A stretch of 64,000 nt of DNA. It comes from Lingula anatina (lineage: Eukaryota; Animalia; Brachiopoda). Of this stretch, positions 39,900-52,130 are shown piece after piece (within the stretch, counting starts at the first letter, position 1; every line of letters starts with the position of its first letter). The stretch covers positions 2,046,001-2,110,000 of the forward strand of contig CM120643.1 of the NCBI GenBank assembly GCA_051362555.1, in the 5' to 3' direction. Both the position numbers and the translations under genes were made by a program. Under the pieces are notes generated by a model. The model saw nothing but the letters and a program-made list of their open reading frames with translations. It did no database searches and had not been told where the DNA came from.

Positions 39900-41596
39900 A
39901 GGCACAAATCCCTGGACCCTATTATTTACAATAATAACTATATCAAGAAGGATCCACTATACAAGGCGTTTTTACATTACTATCAAAACAGAGAGCAAAT
40001 ATATATCCAATGTATATTGGTGCACGTGGCCGATATGCTATATCAATCAAGATACCAGTTCAGAAAAAAGTAAATAATTTATTATCAGATGTTTTACAAG
40101 TTGATTACTTTTCCTTCCACCTCCTGAATATTGCTATTTATACATAACTCCCAGTCTAAATGCGGAGAGTATATTGTAATGATAGAGTGGTGTAAGTAAA
40201 AATACCTTGTCAATAAACAAATATCGTCATTCATTATTGTTATATCAGCTGGGACGACCACGTGCGCCCTTACTGTTTGGTGTATAAATCATTTAGACAT
40301 AGAAATATTCGATACAGCTGTTGAGTACAAGGGCGCTTGAGCGATCAAATACAGTCTTTGTCCACTTCGTGCCGTAGCGTGACTGTTTGTATACCCACTT
40401 ATTGAAACAAACTTCAGTGCAAATGCACTTTTTTAAAAGTTAAAAGTTAAAAGTTAAAACTATAAGATGAGACGGGACTGTAATCAAAACAGACAAGATA
40501 AGATTTTCAAAAACAAAGAAAATGATGTAATAAAAAATTTAAATACGCAAAAAAATAAAAATAAATAAATAAATAAATAAAAATAATAATAATAAGACTT
40601 TAAAAAAGGAAAACAATTAAAAAAGACTTGGTCGCCACAGTTACCCCTGGTCGGTGGTATTTCTTTGTTGACCAGCGGTCTGCCTTATCTGAGTAAACAT
40701 AAACATGCCTGGACATGTTTGCAATATTTGAATTCACATGCAGGTGAGACATGTGGATATTGAATGTTATATAGCTCGAAGGCACTATACATGACAGCGT
40801 TCAGCATAAAACACTGCTTGTTTAAAGTTCACAGCACAGTTCTTTTTTGTTTTTCTTGGTCGTGAACCATGTGCGTTGTTTGCATTACTCGATTTGTACA
40901 TAAGTAATTGAGCGTCTGACCATACGCAAGCAAATAATGCAGTGATCGGTGACAATTTTTGCTGGCATGGTGGTGTGGTATTAACACCGAGAAATGGTGT
41001 GACTTTGCAGGTTTTTTTTCTTTATTTTAAAATATTAAAATAATAATATAATACGCCGTTTCAACTCTACAGTCGTTGGCAAAATTAAAAAGACTCTGCA
41101 ATTTTTCAGCAAAACAAACCTTCCAACCCTTTGCTTGGCAAATATTTATCGGGGAATTATAGGCAACAGAGTGACATGACTTTGCAGTTTTTTCCCCTTC
41201 ATTTTAATAGCAAATATTAGAATAATTATATAATACAACATGACCATCTTTGGTGAAATAAAATGACTATGAACAGTAACAAGGCTGTTACCTTGTCGAC
41301 ACTTTCTGGTAGATTGTTGACCATTCCGTTTAACAAACAAGAGCCGCCTCTCTCTACTTGAGATATTACCTCGTAGGTATCCAAGTGCACTCTTCATTAA
41401 AATTCGCTTACAAATCAATATTTGCAAATCCGCCTGCACTTTCTTCGGGTGTTAGTTTGTTGACAAATCCGCTTAACAAATAAGACCCCTTCCCTCTGCT
41501 TGCCACCTCGTAGGTATCCAAGGGCATCTAGTGCATGCGTCATTCCTCTTCGCTTGCACTTATAGTATACTGCTCCTTAAAAGGTTCAAGGTTCAC

Positions 41597-41628
<32 letters not shown>

Positions 41629-41898
41629 AAGTATATAGCTCCTTTCCAGAATGCAGGTCGAAAACGACATACTTCTACTACTTTACTGGAGAGGTAAGAA
41701 ATTGGCCACTTTCATAAAATTTGTTAGAGAGGTCAGAAATGGACAAAAAAGAGGGAAGATTTGGTGATGATCCATTAATTAATTCATGAATTAATCATTA
41801 CTTTTTAATTCGTCGTGGCTTGCCCTATCTGAGCCGTTATCTAGTAATAAATTTAACGATTATTATAATGGTAAGATAACAATATCGGGGTTTTGCAG

Positions 41899-42270
41899 GT
41901 CGGAAAAGAATCTGAACCTAAGCCTATAGCGGAATTTGAATTAAGGCTTGATCTCGGTAACTTTGGACGAAGAAGATACAGAAGGTCTGCACTTCCTCTT
42001 ATATATTTCGACAATTTCGGTTTGAAGATCTCCATAATTGAGAAGGATGGCGAACCGACCATTGAGATTCGTTCCACGCTCTTGCCAGGAGTCCTGTTTG
42101 ACTTTAAGATACATGTGTTACGACATTGTCTCCAGATTACCATTCCTCCGATCTGGTCTGGCTTCATGGAAGGTATATGTGGAGATTGGGACGGAAATCC
42201 AGGGAACGATGTAGTGATTCTTGACTCCTGGCCACAGGTTATGCCTATACCGTTTAGAGGATTCCCTTAA
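41899..42270 (+). CDS. Single-VWD protein copy B1: orphan terminal exon (C-terminal half of VWD)
   Basis: Acceptor TTTTGCAG, then 123 open codons with RHCLQITIPP..MEGICGDWDGNPGND..PFRGFP*. Paralogous to 56423-56755. No exon 1 or 2 was found upstream. Confidence 0.7.
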   Translation, partial: VGKESEPKPIAEFELRLDLGNFGRRRYRRSALPLIYFDNFGLKISIIEKDGEPTIEIRSTLLPGVLFDFKIHVLRHCLQITIPPIWSGFMEGICGDWDGNPGNDVVILDSWPQVMPIPFRGFP

Positions 42271-42336
42271 CGGCAAACGACGCCGCTGATGTAAGTGGAT
42301 TACATTTTTACTGGGATATATATAAAGTATACCCAC

Positions 42337-42338
<2 letters not shown>

Positions 42339-42398
<60 letters not shown>
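42339..42398. repeat. (CT)n(CA)n microsatellite in the 3' flank of B1
   Basis: Read directly from the sequence. Confidence 0.9.
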
Positions 42399-42401
<3 letters not shown>

Positions 42402-45400
42402 GCATCCTCCAGAAAACGTTTTTCCTAAAAAAATATTTCACATCTGACTAATCAGATTTAAAAATATTAATAATATTTCTTGGTTTTTCAGCCTTTTGTT
42501 CTCTCTTATATATTTACATGTATGTATATATTTTGTCTCTACTGATATCACGGCAGCAAAAATATAATATTTTTCTCTTTAAACCAGGATGTTAGTGTTA
42601 CTCGATGATCCATGGCGTGATGACCAAAGAGGGACTACCACCAACTCTGTACAAACTGTGTCTTCTTTCTCCAGTCATTGATGTTCATGTGGAACACGGG
42701 ATGCGCTGGACGTGGTTTCATGTTTCACAGCCGTTGAAATGGGGTACTATACGGACCATGTTACTTAAACTTTTAAAACCCATTTCCAATGGAATCTTTC
42801 TATTTTTTTAATAACTGAATTGAGTAAAACCGATTATTTGACTCACTTATTGTTCTTTGGTGAACGTCCATGTGAGACTAGAAAATCGACAAAACGAACG
42901 GAATCACGGTAAATGCAAAGGAAATTTGTGGGGGTGCACGCTACTCTTTTAGTTCTACGATAACTATTCTGTTTTTTGTTTGTTTGTTTTTATTTTGATA
43001 GTGGTCAAAGTGCAAAGCCTTGCATGTGGTTTTTTGTAAAGAGATTGAATTAAACATTTTGCCGTAACAAGTGTATGACATTATTTCTAGTATGTTAACA
43101 AAAATGGAGAAATCTCCGACGACAAGGCTGATCATAGCATTTAAAACAAATGAAATAAGTCGCAAAAGAATAAGAGTAATTCAGTACTTTTTATAATTTT
43201 CACAAATTTTGATTGATGATGAAGTACAATGAAGTGGAAACATGATGTAATGACAATAGCTTCAAAATGCATTTGTATTTTAAATTTTTGATTTATATTT
43301 CTCTTCTATTCGTTTCGCCGTGCTTGTAGCTTTAAAATCGTTATTAAATGGTATTAATGATATCAAATATCTGTAGTTTGTTTTAATTATATTAAAGGGA
43401 AGTATAAGGTATTCCGTTTTTTTAGGTAAGGGAGGGCTAGGATACAACATTATGTCAGATCTTAGCGGAGGGGAGGGGGGTAACAAGTATGACTTATTAC
43501 AAACAGACAACAGGAATAATACCGCAATTTGACGGATAAATGCTTCTTTTTCTCGTTAATTTATCTTTTAAAACAGCAAGAAGAGATAGCTAATAAGCTG
43601 AGGGCAGGGCACGTTGACACTGCCCCCCTCCAGATGATGTTCTTTTAACTTATATATAAATTACACGGTACGCGGCTATTTAAGGGCTAATACCGAAATC
43701 AAATAAAAAATGTTGAAGTTCAAAAAGTAAAAATTTTAAGCCTCATTTTAAGGTATACTTTGATGAAATCATCCTAAAGAAGAAAAATTCAGTAAAAAAT
43801 ACAATATAAATTAATAAATAATGATAACAATAATTATAAACGAAAAAAATAAAAACAAATTCACCCCTCCCAATTTTCTACTCAGGTGCATGTGCATGAG
43901 GTCAAGTGAGTTCTTGATTCACAGGAATGAATTGCGTTTTTTGAATAAATTTTATCGACCATGATTCATATTGTAAAATGCTTTCGTTGACAACGAGCCT
44001 GGAGGAAATCAGTCTTGAAAAAATAGTTGCGCGCTCGCGCGCGTGTGTGTGTGTGTGTGGGGGGGGGGGGAGGGGTGAAATGTAGATGACAGGTACTGTT
44101 CAGTGCCGCCTGAGTCTAGCTTTACCATAAGGCCACAGGACCGGGCAATACAGCCTGCATGATGATTGCAAGGTAGGAGAATCAGCATGTAATGCTGATA
44201 GGGCGCCCAAACTTTTCTGTCCAAGGTCCTCACACTACTCCTCAATGACCTCATGCCAGTTTTCGTTATCGTTAATGTAAAGAGATTGCTATGGACACGA
44301 GCAAACTAACGGGTTAAGTTGTATCAGCCGCAACGGAAGACTAGAGTGAAAACAGAGCGAATAAGAGAATAAAATGCTGAAGAACAAAACCAGTCATAAT
44401 TTAAAAACTTTTTGACACCTTAAATCCAGTTGAATTATTTTAAAGAGTCGCGAACAACACTTATATAGCTGAAATAAATAATTAAAAACAGTTAATACAT
44501 AAAGTAAATAGCAATGTCTCAAATTGTTTCTTATAACATGTGGTGCTTGTTAAAAAGCCAGACGCATTCCTTTCCCTTTCGGTCACTGGTGGAATCACCT
44601 TCTTCATGTGATTTATGTATGTATTTTTTATGTGATTTATGTTATTTTTTCGCATGCCTCCCGAATGTATTAAACTAGTTCTTTTTGTGGTGTACATAAC
44701 GCGCGTACGTAAGTTGTTATCGGGAATTAGAAAGAAACACACGCTTAGAGATGACTGGTTTTGCAATCGGTCAGCAAATTAAAATAAATGAATGTTGGCT
44801 GCAAATAACCCACTCCCCGTCCTCTGTATGTAAACCAGACTGGGCTTTCAGTACCACACGGCACTGGGAGTAGGGGTGCTACACGTGTATCCGTCACCGC
44901 ACACCCCTCGTTTCCCGTCTGCACCCCCTTCTTCTGCATGAATGATACTGGCACATTAGAACGATGACACGCATATCTCATTTTACTTAAATGAAATAGA
45001 TATTTACTTAAATCTCTAAGAAAATTCATTGAAACAATTGTGTTTGCGGAGTCTTGGCACAAATATTGTGGTATACCGTACGCGCGGCGGCCATTGCGTT
45101 AGATGAGACTTAGAAAACACAATCTGAACCTGCGATAACCCTTGATAAAATCGCACACACTTACAGCAACAATCAAAATCTAAATTTCGTGAAAATAAAT
45201 CAACGATAATTTTGCTGTTGTGCTGCCTGTATGATTTGCACAGGTGGATTCTCTAAAATCTTTTCCCACTTTGCCGTCCCATTGCTGCTTCATTTCCCCG
45301 GATCCCCCAGTGAATATACCGCCAGCGGCATAATTAAAACCCTCTGGACCCTCCCACTGTGCCGCCACTTGCCCCTTGTCCCCCAGTAAATATAAAGCAA

Positions 45401-45949
45401 GCAGCATTTTTGCCTCATCCTTTAATCCACGTTTTACTCGCTGTCTACTCATATTTGGTAGAAACTAGCACAATATACAGTGTCACCCCCCCAGGGGAAA
45501 ATAATTCCATTTTAATTCACTTTGCTCAACAGAACATAATTACATTACCTATCCTGAAATTCATAATACAATGTTCCTCATTTTAACAGGCACAGATTTA
45601 TTAAAAGCCAACACCACTGTTGTGCTTCTCTGAACCTGGATAACCGTTGATGAAAGAGGAGTTGGAACTGGAGGGTTGGCAACACATTACTCAGAAGAAA
45701 CTACTTGGAATAGCATGTGTGAGGAGGAGAACCGTTTGACATTATAAGTTGCAACAATTTCTGTCGCATAGTGGCTGCCTGTGAGGCTGTAATTGGGTCA
45801 TTCTGCACTGTAAACCTGACATCATTCTTCCTGGTGACAGTATGCTGACAGAGGACAATGTAATACATTCATCTGTCGTCATTTTGTATGCACTAGTAAG
45901 GCGTTTATATGTTGGATTTTTTTTGGTGAGGTTATCCCATGTTTATCAT

Positions 45950-48900
45950 ATGCGCATTACACCATGTAATTCAGGGAAACAAGACAGGCATGTATTATTT
46001 GTTTGAGAAATATATTATACAGTTATGGCGCAATTTATGACATTCTTATGTATTATTGTGTAATAGTGGTCTCAAACCCACTTTTGTCAGCTTGCTGAAT
46101 TATTTACGGAAAGTTGCCACATTTTGATCCTCAGCAGTTTCTGTAAAAATCTAGGTTACTGGCGAATCCCTTTAAAAATGTTTTGATATATTACATCTCT
46201 CAAATTTATTTGAACGTCAAGTGAAACATTTGAAGAATTTATCACGAGAAGACAGTCAATTTCTGACAAACTGATGCCTGCTTCGCTGATATTATATATC
46301 ATACAATATGAGAGCAGCATATTACACCAGCACCTAGCTGCTGAGACAATTCTGATTGACCACAAATATACTAAGACAGTAACAGGTTGCTCATGTGGCT
46401 TAATGCATCACTTTACTGAGCTGTTCCTTTTCATCTATTCTGTATCTACAACGAAAAGTTCTTTTGCGATAAAAGAGGAAATATTCATGAAATGAAATGT
46501 GCTAAATGGCCACAAGGGTAGCATGAGGCAGAACAAGTTTGACGTGACCTGCATACACGTACAAGGTAGATGTGTTCACCTATGAAAAAGACAGATACTG
46601 TGATTAATGAAATGATGACAACGAAGAAACTCATATGAGAATCAAGTGGGAGAAAAACAGGTGTAGAAAGAGAGTAAGCAGAAACAAGTTAATTTGGCCT
46701 CATTTTAACATTTTGTTTATTGAGATTTTAACCGATCTTAGATGATAGAAATGTCAGGTTGAGTCCAGTAAGACCCAACGCCTAAAGTTATGACCGCCGA
46801 AGATAATACTGATGGTAAGAGATTTGTGGAACTAACATATGATGGTGAAAAAGGTCCTGATCATCAAATAAGTCACCGGGATAATCACGTCCTCGTGTAC
46901 CTATCATGCATAAGATATAATAAAAATACTAGCTATATCAATTTACGTTGGATAAATATGTACTGACTCATCAATGAGATTGAGATTACTGATGACAATG
47001 TGCTGTGGATAAAAATGTAAGAAATGGAGATACTGATGTCGATCTGAAATGTGGACTGAAAATAAAACGCTCACTGGAGGTAAGGCAAAGAGAATGTAGT
47101 TGAAAACAAGACTGAATATAATTAAATTTTTGAAACTAGAACTGGTTTTATGCTGCCAACGCGATACACGACATACCTAATAGATAGATAGACAGATAGA
47201 TAGATAGATATTGGTTGGTTAGTTCAAAATAGAGGAAAATATGAGATCAATATGATTGTGGTGAAACATAATAATAAAAAAGCATAAAATAATTAAATAA
47301 AAACCAAATAAATACTAAAAGAGGCAACTGGCATTGGCATATGCTGCTTTGGTCACATTTTGTCAATAATTCGGATGACAGCGATCGTAAATATTTAGCT
47401 TTTCTGGCTCATATTTCAGAGTAACATAATGTTTAAAAACTATTTCAATGATAAATGAAATAGGGTTTCTATAGATATTTATCAATAATCTGCAAAAAAA
47501 CGCATCGTCTCATTTGCTGTTTGATTTTTTTTTAAATCTTGAAATTAAATAATAAACCAGTTTAATTATTCCAGCATTTATGTTCAAAGATTATGGACAA
47601 TAGAAGCTGTCCGACCCATCCACATCATTATAGATATGAAAGCTCATTGCTATTTTCATCACATTTTACCTCTCCTCATATCAAGAGGCTTAGACACAAG
47701 AAAATACCCAGTCAGCTGAAACCAAAGATAGAAGCACATTATCTCTGAAAATATATCTTGATACATACATGACATTGAGAAACTGCGAAGTTGGTTATAA
47801 GCTACTATTATATTCCATAACCATGTAGTTGTAATTGCACTATGTTGAGTTTCCCTTATTCTTTCGACTTTTGTTGATATTTCGCAGGGTGAAAGATAGC
47901 CGGAGTTAAGTAATGAACACGGTTACGTACGTCTTCGTAGCATTGACTGCAATGACCACATCTGTGTAACTTTTATATTCTAATTAAGTTTAAATCATTC
48001 AGATTACATGTATGTGTGTAGCGTAAAAAGGCTTCAGTGTCAGTCTAGAAGTGAGAAAAGACTGACCCGATCCCCACCGACTCTGAATTGGTGTTTGCCA
48101 GGGGTAGGGGGTGAAGAGTTCCTGGAATGAACGTCCATTTTTCTCTAATGTCCTACGTGCGACGATGAAAAATGGCATTAAATCTGCTAACTTGTTAAAT
48201 TCAGTATATGCAAAAGAGTGAAAGGTATTCTATAAAAGTGTTACGTAGTTTATGTTACTTGAGGTTTTTAAGTAATATTTGATACTAACCCGGTCTATTC
48301 ACCTTGCACTACGGCCTTATTTGTGGACCTTTGAAATACTCTTACTACACGCATTGTCCCCAAACCCAATCTTTTCAGCTTAAGCTGATACATTTTTGCT
48401 ACTTCGCATTTCCGGGAAAATGTAAAATGAAGGTGTGTCAATAGAAATAGTGACTTACTTATCCCTAAATATCAGAAAACTATACTGCATTCGCACGTGA
48501 AAAATTCTGATGAATCTACGTGGTGAACAAAACCACAGTTTTCAAACCAACTCATCACCTTCACAAGTGACGTTCAAATACAAGAGCTGTTTCTTCAGTA
48601 CAGGTAAATTTCTCCCTCAGCAGATAGGTTAACTTAGTATCAGATAACTTAAACGGCTTGATAAATCGAAACATGGCACAAACCATTTATATTTAAAATA
48701 CTGTACCTTACAACAGATTGTCATTTAATATAATAAAATAAAAATATGAAATAAATTACCACGATGGAGGGGTAAGGTATACCAAGTTTGATATATTCTG
48801 TGTGCATGTAAATAGATTCTTATTTTATGATAAATAGACAGCGTTGTTATTTTAAATGTATTTGAAAATAAAAACGATAATGACAGTTAGGACTTGGGAT

Positions 48901-49990
48901 AGTGCAAATCAAGAAGTGGAGACGCTTGTGGAATGATCGACCGAGGAAATTAAATGCTTATTTTGAAATGCTAAATATAAAAGTATTTCTGGAGTATATT
49001 AAGGCCCGTCATATTCTAAAATATCGTATTGCTTTTAAATCACTTGAAAAGTTTCAGAAACGTGATTCAAACGTTGATTTTCCACAAATACAGCGTTCCA
49101 TTTGACACGTAAGATACATTTAATCTCGAATTTGATAGAACGTAGAAAAGTGATTTAATCATTTAGCGATTGGGGGTTTTATGTTGAACGTTTACCACAA
49201 ATGAAGCTTTCTGGCTCAGTTTCTTCATTAGATATGCGACGTCTATGCTATTTCCATCATATTTTACCTCAGCTTCTGAACACTAATTAAAATCTTCAGA
49301 TAATACAGAAAACACCGACAAAAAGATGCTGTCAACTGGCTCAAACATTTCATTAAATATGCGACGTCTTTCCTATTGCCATCATATTTTCCTCAGCTCC
49401 TAAACACTAATTAAAATCTTCAGATAATACAGAATACACTGACAAAAACAGAAATGACAACATATGGCAGTTGAAAGCAGATTTGGCTACTCATGAATCA
49501 TGACACAGTGACTGAGGATAGGGAAAGCTACGTAGGACAGGGCAAATAAGAAACTCGCAACGCACTTCCTTCTGTGGCTAGGACAGCACCATGAAACAGC
49601 TTACATGTGTGTGTGTATCGTAAAAAAGGCTTCAGTATGAGTCTATAAGTGAGAACAGACTGACCCGATCCCCAGATAAAACAGAATACATTGAAAAACA
49701 GAAATGGCAACGCTTGGCCTTGGAAAGTAAATTTTGCCTATCGTGAATCATAATGGAGTGACTGAGAGATGGACAAATCAAAATCCCGCAACGCACTTCT
49801 TTCAGTAGCTCAGAAAACACCATGAAACAGCTTAAACAAATATAAAATTGGTCCGAAATCAAAACATAACATTAAGAATACAATAGAAGTTGCATTTCTT
49901 CGATGTACATTCTACCCTTGTATTGATTTTTTTAAATTCCCCCACCTATTAAGGTACCAGAAGGAAATGTAGTTTTAAAGTCAATGTGGG
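45950..49990 (-). repeat. Inverted duplicate of the dispersed non-coding module also found at ~10050-13740 and ~20300-22300
   Basis: For example, 46015-46070 is the reverse complement of 13617-13672 (CACTATTACACAATAATACATAAGAATGTCATAAATTGCGCCAT). 47200-48400 mirrors 21020-22260. Confidence 0.75.
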
Positions 49991-51517
49991 CTTTATAATA
50001 CATTATTAGGAACAAGAATGTGATATGTGAGGATTCGTAAAATTATGGCTCAATTATGGCTCAATTTGTGGCTAAATTTGTGAAATTATGAAGTTTTTTT
50101 TTGCAGTTTCTTAATACGACGGCGACTTTATATAGCAATCCATTCCCGATATTGTATATTTATGTATTCATTATATAAATGAACCTTTCTCTTATCTTAT
50201 TTTATTTACATTACGGTCATGTTAAGCAAAACGGACCAAACGATTTAGAAGCACTTTATTAACTATATACATACAATTTACCAGTGAACTGGGTCTGTTT
50301 ATGAATAGACCCAGTTGCCTTCTGTATTTCTATGAACCTGTGACTTTCAAAAGGATGACGAACATTTTATTGTGTTCTCACTATTTTCTTAAATATTTAT
50401 TTTAAAGGTTACTTAAATCTAATTCCATTTTAATATTTTACCTTTATATTTCATATATATCTGTGCATTCAAAAATATTACTACATCTTAATCATTTTTA
50501 TCTATGAAATGTGATGAAATTCATGCCGTAAAGAGAAAGATGGCAAAGCACATAACTCGAACTGAACATATGAATGATAAGATGTCACGCATGTACAGTG
50601 TGGAATATACATGGGCGTAATAAGATTGAAAAATTAAGTCTTACGTAATCTAACCACACAGAATTTTCTGCTTAAGACGGCTGAAACCCGCATTAATTAA
50701 GCTAGAATGTCTTCAAAAATACTAAATATTTCATACATTAGGTAAAATCACTGATCAAGAATCTATTTCAGGGTTTTTTGTGGTTTAATTAAGAAAGGCT
50801 TCTCGATTTTAGTGGATGGGTCGAAGATTTTCTGAGGTCTCTTTGGGGGGGGGGAGTGAGATAGCAACAAGACATCAATACGCAAGGATTGTTGATGTTG
50901 ATTGTTGATGTGAATGGTCGGGGACAAAATATGAACACTTTTAATGGTCCCTTTGTATGATTATTTGTCTTATGTGTGGGATGACATTCAGTTTGCAGAT
51001 CATTACTCATTGAGCAACAGACTTGTAATGTTGTGAGGCAAAGAAACTGGTCGATTGAGAAAGAAAAGACGTGGGGATGGGCTAACTTAAAGATATTACT
51101 TATCATAAAATGGGGTTGACTTGCAAATTCGTACACCTCTATAATATATTGCAGTTTCACCCATTATTTTTAATATTTAAAGTTTCTTTAATGTCTAGGT
51201 TAGTTTTGCAGTAGATGAGCAATTTACGACTTAGAATGTATTTATATGAAACATTTGAACTATATTCAGACCCGTAGCTAGCAATTTTAGAAGGGGGCTC
51301 TTTTTCAGAAAAAAAAGGGAACTTTTACCATGAAACCTCTGTGTGCCTAGATCAAATGTTACTAAGAGGAAACCTTTTCCCGGCAAAAAGAGCGGTTCTT
51401 TCGAACCTTGAGATGAACCTTGAGATTCTTCTCTCTCCCTCTTACTTTCTTTTATTCTTAATTTTTATTTGTAAAACCCACAACACTTCTGCATCAACCT
51501 ACGTACATTGATAGAAC

Positions 51518-51586
51518 GCGCATGCGCACCCAGTTTGCCAACGAGGAAAATTTGCTGCGTGCCCACCTTTAAAAGTTGTATAAATA
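51518..51586 (+). promoter_or_regulatory. Putative core promoter of VWD gene B2 (NRF1-like palindrome and TATA box)
   Basis: GCGCATGCGC at 51518-51527 and TATAAATA at 51579-51586, about 70 nt upstream of the ATG at 51655. Confidence 0.45.
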
Positions 51587-51654
51587 AGAAGAACGGAAGA
51601 AAGGATATCGCAGTTGCCTTCTGCTACACATTGGACAAAAAAGGAGTCTTGAAG

Positions 51655-52083
51655 ATGACAGGACAGGGTGGCGTGGCCGTGCTTCTGATCATCGCTTTGA
51701 AAACGGTGACATCCGTTACTGGCGCGGGTCCCATCCCGTTTACTCCGGAAGAAGAGGCTCAAAGAGACAATGCTACGGAAGCTATGGCCGACCTTCCACC
51801 TGAAGATCAGATGGAACTGCCCGCCGGTCCAGTAGGTAAGTTACAATTTCACTAAGATTGCAAACTAGACGGAATATGAAAACGAAGATTTACACGACTT
51901 TAACCTAGACTGTATACTAGAATATAGGATACAATGAGTACATGTCTGATACTGCACACTTTTATCATCCCTGAGGCAAATAAATACGTATAATGACGTT
52001 TTTTTAATTGGAAAAAAAGTAAGAAGACAAAAAGAGACATTTTTTTATTTTGATTACATAATAATGATTGGTACAGATGACAC

Positions 52084-52130
<47 letters not shown>

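Larger units (their letters stand above)
37139..41574 (+). mobile_element. Internally deleted (non-autonomous) Polinton/Maverick element with ~1.3-kb terminal inverted repeats
   Basis: Termini AGTAGTATA ... TATACTGCT (Polinton AGT-repeat ends). TIRs are ~37139-38487 and ~40259-41574, with a packaging ATPase remnant inside. No matching 6-bp TSD. Confidence 0.8.

Noticed and set aside
37989-40785. Duplicated ORFs ending KKYHRPGVT..FLIVFLF
   Set aside because: They lie within the two Polinton TIRs and have no domain similarity.
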